Below are positions 51,186 through 58,447 of a stretch of 64,000 nucleotides of DNA, piece after piece. The stretch is from an uncultured Christensenellaceae bacterium (GTDB lineage Bacteria; Bacillota; Clostridia; Christensenellales; CAG-1252): positions 11,343 through 75,342 of the forward strand of contig CAYJBY010000004.1 in assembly GCA_964368645.1 (NCBI GenBank), written 5' to 3'. Position 1 is the first letter of the stretch. Every line of letters begins with the position of its first letter. The notes beneath the pieces are model-generated. The model saw nothing but the letters and a program-made list of their open reading frames with translations, was not told where the DNA came from and made no database searches. The position numbers and the translations under genes are program-made.

Positions 51186-52643
51186 TTACAGCAGAAGAAC
51201 CTTACCGTTGAGCCAAGCGTCGAAAAAGCCGTTCAGGTCGCACCCTGCGCTTTGTTCCAAGGTGCTGATAAGGTCGGTCTTGGTGGCTATTGCACAGCGG
51301 TATTTATCGGCGTATTGCCGTAAGCCTTCGATGATGCATTCTCCCTTTATGCTGTAGAGATTGGCGAACATAAGCATACCCTTTACGTACACGTTATAAT
51401 AATAGGAATATCGGTTAAAATCCTCAATACAGCCCACGATTTTGGTTTGGTCGCCGCTTTTTCCCGCTACCGAACTGTACAGAGTATAACTGCTGTAATT
51501 AATGTCGTTCAGCTCCTTATACTCGGCTTGGTTGCCTTCGGCGAGATAGTAGTATGCCGTGGAAAACTCGGTCAGACTTTCGTCCAACCACGGCTCCCGT
51601 ATTTGGTCGTTACCCACCTGACCGTACCACCATTGATGGGCGGTTTCGTGAGTGATAACTCTTAAGAACTCCTTTCTCGGCAGGTCGTCCGCGGCATAAA
51701 TCAAGCCGCTGTACTCCATACCGCCGAACGCGAAGGGGGTTTCCGCCACTACGAAGCTACTGTAACCGTAGCTTCCGAATTTCTCGGAAAAAACGCCGAG
51801 AACGGCGGCGGCGTGATCGACTGTTTCCTTGGGGGTTTTGTCCTTAACGTAGTAATACAGCACCCGTATATCGCCGCATTTCGAGGAACGCAGGGCAAAC
51901 TTTTTCGATGCGCAAAAAGCCACGTCACGGGCGTTTTCCACGGTATAATGAAGGGTTTTTGTGCCGTCACTCGGAAAACAGCTTCCCTCGCCGCCGCTTG
52001 CCGCCACCACGTATTCATCGGGAACGGTGAGCCTGATTTCAAAGTCCGCGGTTTCGTTGTAAAAGGGATCGCCGAGGGAAAATAGGTCGCTGGTTAAGTA
52101 GCCGTCCTTATAAACGCAAACGGTGGGATAGAAATTCCCCAGATTATACACACCGTCGCAATAGCCCAGTCTGTGTCTTATGTTAGCGAGCCTTATTCGC
52201 CAAACAAGTTGGATTTCCACCCTTTGATTATGAACCGTAGAGGGGATAGGCAAGGTAAGTACGGCGTTGCATTTTCCGCTTAGACCGTAATTGACGGTTG
52301 CTCCGTTGACCTTAGCGGACAGCACGTCGATACCGCCGTAATTCACGCCCTTGGGGTAAGCGGCTTTTTCCTCTCCCTCCTCCACGGCTATTGCGGCGTA
52401 GGCGTTGGCGTTAAGCTGTAAGGGCAACTCGGTAATGCCGTCCGCAGGGGGATAATAGGTAATCGTCTGCAACCCGAAAAGGGAATTATCCTTATCGTCT
52501 AGGGTTACGTCAAGATAATAACTGCTTTTTTCGTGAGCGTAAGAAGAAAGGCTGTTTTCGCTATTCCGACAGCCCGTAAGGGGCAGTACGAGGGATAACA
52601 GCGCAACGAATATGAGTATAAGAGCAAGGACGCGTTTTTTCAT
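51186..52643 (-). CDS. M1-family zinc metallopeptidase lipoprotein (aminopeptidase-N-like)
   Basis: Lipoprotein signal ending LTGC. Zinc motif HETAHQWWYGQV with a downstream E. Exopeptidase-like motif GGMEY. Confidence 0.7.
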   Translation of the reverse strand: MKKRVLALILIFVALLSLVLPLTGCRNSENSLSSYAHEKSSYYLDVTLDDKDNSLFGLQTITYYPPADGITELPLQLNANAYAAIAVEEGEEKAAYPKGVNYGGIDVLSAKVNGATVNYGLSGKCNAVLTLPIPSTVHNQRVEIQLVWRIRLANIRHRLGYCDGVYNLGNFYPTVCVYKDGYLTSDLFSLGDPFYNETADFEIRLTVPDEYVVAASGGEGSCFPSDGTKTLHYTVENARDVAFCASKKFALRSSKCGDIRVLYYYVKDKTPKETVDHAAAVLGVFSEKFGSYGYSSFVVAETPFAFGGMEYSGLIYAADDLPRKEFLRVITHETAHQWWYGQVGNDQIREPWLDESLTEFSTAYYYLAEGNQAEYKELNDINYSSYTLYSSVAGKSGDQTKIVGCIEDFNRYSYYYNVYVKGMLMFANLYSIKGECIIEGLRQYADKYRCAIATKTDLISTLEQSAGCDLNGFFDAWLNGKVLLL

Positions 52644-52738
52644 AATAATTGATATGCGCCCAAGGGCTGTAAAATGCTTTTGGAAACACTTGATAAATCA
52701 GCCGCGGTCGGATATAATAACGCTAAGGAGAAAAGGCT

Positions 52739-53635
52739 ATGTATGATGTAATTATAATCGGTGCCGGTCCTGCCGGTCTGTCCTGTGCTATATACGCCGC
52801 ACGCGGCGGCTTGAAAACCTTAATTATCGAGAAGATGTCCTACGGCGGTCAGATGTGCCTAACCGACGTTATCGAGAATTACCCCGGCTGTCCGTCGGTG
52901 AACGGCTTTACTCTAGGCGAAACGATGAAGGAACAGGCTTTGTCTTTCGGCGCGGAGCTTATAGCGAGCGAGGTTACGGCGGCAGACTATGAGGGTGAGG
53001 TCAAGACGGTATTTACCGCTGACGGGAACTCCTATTCAGCCAAAACCTTGGTTATCGCCTGCGGAGCCAACGCGAAGAAACTGGGCGTTGCGAGAGAGGC
53101 GGAACTGACGGGGAGCGGCGTTTCGTACTGCGCCACCTGCGACGGCAGGTTTTACAGAAAGCGCACGGTTGCGGTGGTAGGCGGCGGCAATACTGCGGCG
53201 GAGGACGCGCTGTACCTTGCGCGATTCGCTTCAAAGGTTTATCTGATTCACAGACGGGATAAGCTGAGAGCGTCACCGTCCTTAGCGGCACGGCTGAAGG
53301 ATAACGGCGTGGAGATATTATGGAATACCCGTATTACAGAGCTGAGCGGAGCGGACAGACTTGAGGGTTTGGTACTTGACAGAGAGGGCGAAAGGACGAC
53401 TCTTGCGGTGGACGGCCTATTCGTGGCGGTAGGACAGCAGCCCCAAAGCGCGGTATTCGCGCCATTATGCAACGAAAGCGGTTATATACCTACCGACAGC
53501 TGTATGGAAACCTCCGCAAAGGGTGTTTTCGCGGTGGGCGACGTAACGGAAAAGCCCTTACGTCAGGTCATTACCGCGGCGGCGGACGGAGCGGTGGCAG
53601 GAGAGTGCATTGTCAAAAGATTGCTAGATATATAG
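52739..53635 (+). CDS. trxB: Thioredoxin-disulfide reductase
   Basis: FAD motif IIGAGPAG, redox-active CATCDG, NADPH motif GGGNTA. Confidence 0.9.
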   Translation: MYDVIIIGAGPAGLSCAIYAARGGLKTLIIEKMSYGGQMCLTDVIENYPGCPSVNGFTLGETMKEQALSFGAELIASEVTAADYEGEVKTVFTADGNSYSAKTLVIACGANAKKLGVAREAELTGSGVSYCATCDGRFYRKRTVAVVGGGNTAAEDALYLARFASKVYLIHRRDKLRASPSLAARLKDNGVEILWNTRITELSGADRLEGLVLDREGERTTLAVDGLFVAVGQQPQSAVFAPLCNESGYIPTDSCMETSAKGVFAVGDVTEKPLRQVITAAADGAVAGECIVKRLLDI

Positions 53636-53715
53636 GGGATATTTTGGAATTAAGAGGAACTCTGACAAATTAAGAAATCTTAATTGCTAAAACCTCGAAA
53701 AAAGGGCATTTTCCT

Positions 53716-53744
53716 CTTGACAAGCCGAAAGCCCTATGCTATTA
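53716..53744 (+). promoter_or_regulatory. Strong sigma-A-like promoter with no downstream ORF
   Basis: TTGACA, 17-nt spacer, TATTAT. Confidence 0.5.
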
Positions 53745-53751
53745 TATAGGA

Positions 53752-53858
53752 GTTAAAGCGAACACAATTCGTTTTACGCAAAAAAGTTATAATTTTCCCC
53801 CTTATCATATAATTAGTGAGAAGGCTTGAGTCGATTTTCCTCAAGCCTTCTTGCTTTA
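53752..53858 (+). ncRNA. Candidate small RNA of about 105 nt (predicted TSS to intrinsic terminator), family not recognised
   Basis: Bounded by the promoter at 53716-53744 and an 11-bp GC-rich terminator hairpin GAAGGCTTGAG-tcgattttc-CTCAAGCCTTC plus a U-tract (53819-53858). No ATG/GTG/TTG with an SD in between. Confidence 0.35.
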
Positions 53859-53928
53859 TATGCCGCCTATCGCTATCTAATATATCACCTATTGCTATGT
53901 ATAAGTTGACTGTCGATAAGTAAATCCG

Positions 53929-53999
53929 CTTGTGGATATATAAATACAGCTTGTGGATATATAAATACAGCCTGTGGATATATAAATACACCTGTCGCT
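53929..53999 (+). repeat. 3.4 tandem copies of a 21-bp unit, each carrying a DnaA-box-like 9-mer
   Basis: CTTGTGGATATATAAATACAG at 53929, 53950 and 53971 (third copy CCTGTGGATATATAAATACA), then a diverged copy. The reverse complement ATATCCACA matches TTATCCACA at 8 of 9 positions. Confidence 0.8.
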
Positions 54000-54004
54000 A
54001 TGGT

Positions 54005-54150
54005 ATATGCCTACCTTCGTGCCGTCCGTGGATATGAGAATTGCCGCCTGCGGATATGGTATAAGCTTATTTTCGTGCCGTCCGTAGATATGCAAATACC
54101 GTCCATTGATACGCAAATGCCCATATATGCCGTCCGTGGGATATAGACAG
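54005..54150 (+). repeat. Four spaced degenerate copies of CGTGCCGTCCGTGGATATG
   Basis: Copies at about 54017, 54046, 54078 and 54126, all in the same orientation. The GCCTACCTTCGTGCCGTCCGT part recurs exactly inside the adjacent PRC-barrel gene (54722-54742), where it encodes TDGTKVG. Confidence 0.6.
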
Positions 54151-54284
54151 TTAATACGCCCCTCAGAAGTAGTCTTTATAAGCTTGCTTAACGCCTACCC
54201 GTCCGAGATGGGAATACGAGTTGCCCTTAACCCCAAAAATCCCGTATTATAGGACGTAATCGGTTATTAGTGCGTTTTACAAGC

Positions 54285-55004
54285 TTATTTTATACTGTTT
54301 ACGGTCAGCTCTACCAGCTTACCTGCGTTTCTGGCTTTTTCTACGACCTCTCCCGTAACCGTGTCGCCGACCACGAAAAGCAGCTTATAATCTTTGGTAA
54401 GTATGTTTTTCGTCACCTTTCTTCCCAACAAAAAGGAATAATCCGTTACGACCTTACGGGGATATGCGGTTGTATTATCTTCCGATGTATCCGAAACAAT
54501 TTCGTTTTCAGCAGGTATATCCTCGGGTACGTATTTCTTCAAGGGAGCAGGAGAGGTGGAATTATCAGTTTCCGCCTTTATCAGTTTAACTCTGTTTCCG
54601 CTTTTGATAACCAGCATTTTATCGGATATTACGGCGATTTTACTGCTTGGAAGAACCTCGTCTTCGGTTATAAACGCAAGAATTTTTCCCTTATCCGAAA
54701 ACTCTAGGTCACGCAGTTTGCCTACCTTCGTGCCGTCCGTTCCCACAACGGGCATACCTAACGGGCATTTTTCTCCGGATACTGCGGCGAAAACAGGCTC
54801 TGTTGCGTCGGTGATATAAAGATAATCTGTGCCCTTTTTCAAAGCCTTAACAGGCAGATAGATTTCGTCGCTGTCCTCGTTTTCCAGTAGAAAATGCGTA
54901 ACGGTTTTGGCGTTTTCCCCGATAACGCAGTTAATAATGCTTCCCAGCACGTCCGCGGTGGGCAGACAGATGATTTTTTCGGATATGAATTCGCTAATTT
55001 TCAT
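54285..55004 (-). CDS. Multi-PRC-barrel protein (YlmC/YmxH-like repeats)
   Basis: MKISEFISEKIICL N-terminus typical of the YlmC/YmxH PRC barrel. Repeated VGTDGTKVGKL-type barrel segments. RBS GGAGG. Confidence 0.5.
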   Translation of the reverse strand: MKISEFISEKIICLPTADVLGSIINCVIGENAKTVTHFLLENEDSDEIYLPVKALKKGTDYLYITDATEPVFAAVSGEKCPLGMPVVGTDGTKVGKLRDLEFSDKGKILAFITEDEVLPSSKIAVISDKMLVIKSGNRVKLIKAETDNSTSPAPLKKYVPEDIPAENEIVSDTSEDNTTAYPRKVVTDYSFLLGRKVTKNILTKDYKLLFVVGDTVTGEVVEKARNAGKLVELTVNSIK

Positions 55005-55139
55005 TATAACCTCCGTTGCAAAAACTACTTTACCTTATGAGTAATAATTCTTCCTTATGACTTTATGGCAAATTACGCGGATAATTGACAAAAAAAACCT
55101 ATGGTAGTATAATGGAAATAACTAATTAGGAGTGTCCTT

Positions 55140-55730
55140 ATGATTATTTATTTCGATACCGAAACCTCAGGGCTTGCACCGGGACAGATATGTCAGCTTT
55201 CCTACATAATGCAGGACAAAGAGGGCATAACCTCGCGCAATTTTTTTTACTCGGTGGACTACGTGGAGCCGGGTGCCTCAATGGTCAACAGGCTTACCGT
55301 ACCGCTTTTGGAAGAGCTTTCGGGAGGCGCGGTTTTCGGCGATAACGCCGCTCTTGTGGCGGACGATTTTGCCGCCGCCGATTTGGTGATTGCACACAAC
55401 ATAACCTTTGACCGTATGTTTATGACCAAGGAGCTAACCCGTGCAGGCTACGCTTACACCCCGGGGAGTGAGCTGTGCAGTATGCGGTTCTTCACCAACA
55501 AGCTGTGCTTGCCGGGAAGATTCCGCGGCTACAAAAACCCCTCTCTTGCGGAACTTGCCGCATTCTTCAACGTAACCGATAGCGAAGCGGACGACGCGGC
55601 TTCGGAGTATTTCGGCGGCTCGGACGGCGCACACGACGCCCGTCACGATACGGCGAAGATGTTTCTAGCGTTGCAGAGAGCCAAGGACAGATTCCCCGAT
55701 TTCGAGAAGATTTTGCTGGAGAACCTGTAG
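55140..55730 (+). CDS. DEDDh 3'-5' exonuclease (DnaQ/epsilon-like)
   Basis: Exo I motif IIYFDTETSG, Exo II HNITFDRMF, Exo III H..HDA. Confidence 0.7.
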   Translation: MIIYFDTETSGLAPGQICQLSYIMQDKEGITSRNFFYSVDYVEPGASMVNRLTVPLLEELSGGAVFGDNAALVADDFAAADLVIAHNITFDRMFMTKELTRAGYAYTPGSELCSMRFFTNKLCLPGRFRGYKNPSLAELAAFFNVTDSEADDAASEYFGGSDGAHDARHDTAKMFLALQRAKDRFPDFEKILLENL

Positions 55731-55852
55731 AATACGGGCAGGAAAACGGTTTTTTTATCGGGAGCTTTTATAACTTTCGTAAAGAACTTGTAATTTGTGA
55801 AGCGCGTATGTTAGAATTAGGATAATTATTTTATATAATATAGGAGGCAAAT

Positions 55853-56932
55853 ATGTCACTGTTCAGTCGCATTAAACAACAATGCTTGAAGGTAATAGAG
55901 TGGTCGGATAACAGTCAGGATACTCTGGTTTATAAGTTCCCCGTACCCGACCGTTACGCAATAATGAAGAATTCTCAATTAACGGTACGTGCGTCTCAGA
56001 TGGCTGTCTTCGTTATGGAAGGTCAGATTGCAGACGTTTTCGCTCCCGGCAGATATAAGCTGGAAGATATCAAGAACGTGCCTATTCTTACCAAGCTGAT
56101 GAGCTGGAAGTACGCTTGGGAGACTCCTTATACAGGCGAAATTTACTTCGTCAATACCAAGCAGTTCGTTTCTCAAAAGTGGGGCACTACCAATCCCGTT
56201 ATGATGCGCGACGCCGATTTCGGTATGATTCGTATCAGAAGCTACGGCACCTACGCCTTCCGCGTGGTTGATCCCTCCAAGTTCCTCAAGGAGCTTTTCG
56301 GCACAAGCAGTATTTACACTACCCAGTATATAACCGACCAGCTTAAGCGGATTATTATTTCCAAGCTCTCCGACTCTATCGCGGAGTCCAAGATACCCGC
56401 TTTGGATTTGGCGGCTAACTATACCGAGCTTAGCGAGATAACACAGCGTTTCGTTTCTCCCGACTTCGATCAGTTCGGTATGGAGATCAGCTCCTTATAT
56501 ATCGAGAACATTTCCCTGCCTCCCGAGGTGGAGAAAACTATGGACACCCGTACCTCTATGGGCGTTTTGGGTGACCTCAACAAGTTCACGCAGTACCAGT
56601 CCGCACAGGCAATCCGTGACGCGGCTCAGAATCCCGGCGGCACCGCAGGTATGGGTATCAGCGTAGGCGCAGGCGTGGCTATGGGTAAGATGATGGCTGA
56701 AGCTATGAGCAACGGCAATTCCTCTGCGGCGGATAAGTCCGCGGCGGCGGCTCCTGCTACCACGGCGGCGGCAGGTATAAAATGCACCGCGTGCGGCGCG
56801 GACAATGCTGCTGGTTCCGCTTTCTGTTCTAAGTGCGGCGCGAAGCTTAACGCTCCGAAATTCTGCCCTAAGTGCGGCACGGCGGCGGAAGCAGGCGACG
56901 CTTTCTGCAAGAACTGCGGCACCAAGCTGTAA
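55853..56932 (+). CDS. SPFH/band-7 domain protein (YdjI-like) with two C-terminal zinc ribbons
   Basis: SPFH-like N-terminal domain, Ala-rich linker, then CTACG...CSKCG and CPKCG...CKNCG. RBS AGGAGG. Confidence 0.6.
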   Translation: MSLFSRIKQQCLKVIEWSDNSQDTLVYKFPVPDRYAIMKNSQLTVRASQMAVFVMEGQIADVFAPGRYKLEDIKNVPILTKLMSWKYAWETPYTGEIYFVNTKQFVSQKWGTTNPVMMRDADFGMIRIRSYGTYAFRVVDPSKFLKELFGTSSIYTTQYITDQLKRIIISKLSDSIAESKIPALDLAANYTELSEITQRFVSPDFDQFGMEISSLYIENISLPPEVEKTMDTRTSMGVLGDLNKFTQYQSAQAIRDAAQNPGGTAGMGISVGAGVAMGKMMAEAMSNGNSSAADKSAAAAPATTAAAGIKCTACGADNAAGSAFCSKCGAKLNAPKFCPKCGTAAEAGDAFCKNCGTKL

Positions 56933-57112
56933 TCGCGGCAGGGCAAGAGCCTATCGCAAGACTGTAATCACCGCAAGGTAATCGCCCTCGGATAATTATC
57001 GCAGGATAACCACCGCGGAAGGATTGCCGTAAGGTGAATTATAATAGGTATCGTTACGACTAGACTGCATTTGCGGCAAAATCGCCGACAACTGTAATAA
57101 AAAGGAGCTTTT

Positions 57113-58213
57113 ATGGCAAAACAAAAAGTACAGGCTGAGGAGCCTTTGTCTAAGGTTTCACGCAGTACGGTAATTGAAAAATGTCCTAACTGCGGAGCCG
57201 ACTTAGAGTATGATCCTCAGAATCTGTGTCTGAAGTGTACCCACTGCGACACCAAGATACCCATACCGGGCAGACGTTCCTGCGAGATTTCCTTTAACGA
57301 GATGCCTATCGAGGACTTGTCCGACAAGGCGGCGGACGTTACCTCCTATCGTTGTAACAACTGCGGTGCGACGGTGAGCTACGAGGGCTATGATATTGCC
57401 CCCGAGTGTCCTTTCTGCGGAGCTACCAATATCGTCAAGACGGAGGAGCTTCCGGGGCTGAAACCCACCGCTATACTGCCTTTTTCCAGAACGAAAGAGG
57501 ATATAGTTGGCTGTTACAAGCAGTGGATTAAGCGCAAGTTTTTTGCGCCGCGCAAGCTGAAAAAGAACTTTAACGCGGATAAGGTGCAGGGCGTTTATCT
57601 TCCCTGCTTCACCTTCGACAGCAGAGTTCACAGCATATACAACGCACGGTTAGGCAAGCGCAAGACCAGAACGGTGCATCGTAACGGCAAGACCTATACC
57701 GAGACCTATATCGAGTGGTTTAAGGTATCAGGCGCGATGGATAAGGCGATAGACGATTTACTGGTTGAGGCTTGCGATATGTTGGAGCAAAAGGAAATTG
57801 CGGCTATAGAGCCTTTCGACACCTTTAATTCGGTGTCGTTTGACAGCAGTTACTTTGCAGGCTTCAAGGCGACCAGATACAATCAAGGGCTTAACGATTC
57901 TTGGGATATAGCGCGTGAGATTATCGACGACGGCATAAGAGATGACATTAAGCACAGATACAATGCGGACGTGGTGGACTATATCAACCTTGACACCTAT
58001 CACGCCAACACCTCCTACAAGTACGTAATGGTGCCTGTATGGATGTGCAAATATACTTATAACAAAAAGCGTTACGGCTTTATCATTAACGGAAGATCCG
58101 GAAAAGTCGCAGGCAAAACTCCGATATCCCCCTTGAAGGTGTGCTTCTTGGTGCTTATCGGCTTGGCTGTTGCCGCGCTTGCCGTATTTTTGTATTACAA
58201 ATTGGGTATATAA
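57113..58213 (+). CDS. Hypothetical protein: two N-terminal zinc ribbons, a central domain, a C-terminal TM anchor (YdjG/YdjH-like partner of the SPFH protein)
   Basis: CPNCG..CLKCTHC and CNNCG..CPFCG, then a C-terminal hydrophobic helix VCFLVLIGLAVAALAVFLYY. RBS AAAGGAG. Confidence 0.55.
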   Translation: MAKQKVQAEEPLSKVSRSTVIEKCPNCGADLEYDPQNLCLKCTHCDTKIPIPGRRSCEISFNEMPIEDLSDKAADVTSYRCNNCGATVSYEGYDIAPECPFCGATNIVKTEELPGLKPTAILPFSRTKEDIVGCYKQWIKRKFFAPRKLKKNFNADKVQGVYLPCFTFDSRVHSIYNARLGKRKTRTVHRNGKTYTETYIEWFKVSGAMDKAIDDLLVEACDMLEQKEIAAIEPFDTFNSVSFDSSYFAGFKATRYNQGLNDSWDIAREIIDDGIRDDIKHRYNADVVDYINLDTYHANTSYKYVMVPVWMCKYTYNKKRYGFIINGRSGKVAGKTPISPLKVCFLVLIGLAVAALAVFLYYKLGI

Positions 58214-58228
58214 CCCGAAGGAGATATT

Positions 58229-58435
58229 ATGATTATTACTGCTGATATGACAATTGGCGAGGTTATCAAGAACGCGAAAGATCCTTACGTTGTAGCCGAG
58301 GTTTTCACTTCCGTAGGTATGCATTGCTTAGGCTGTGCGATGGCTAAGGGCGAAACCGTAGCCGAGGCCGCCGCGGTTCACGGCGTTGAGGTTGAGGAGC
58401 TTATCAAAAAACTTAACGAGGCAACAGGCGAATAA
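58229..58435 (+). CDS. DUF1858-domain small protein (68 aa)
   Basis: MTIGEVI......VAEVF...GMHCLGC motif typical of DUF1858. RBS GAAGGAG. Confidence 0.55.
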   Translation: MIITADMTIGEVIKNAKDPYVVAEVFTSVGMHCLGCAMAKGETVAEAAAVHGVEVEELIKKLNEATGE

Positions 58436-58447
58436 GTTTTTTTCCGA

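Noticed and set aside
53734-54116. ORFs such as MYLYIHRLYLYIHKLYLYIHK (53734-53991) and a 73-aa ORF carrying STDGTKVG (53895-54116)
   Set aside because: These are translations of the 21-bp tandem repeat and of decayed gene-derived repeats. They have no RBS and are periodic artefacts, at most pseudogene fragments.
53929-54150. CRISPR array hypothesis for the tandem-repeat islands (also 36669-36975)
   Set aside because: Units are directly adjacent or irregularly spaced and degenerate. There is no constant repeat with unique spacers of uniform length, and no cas genes.
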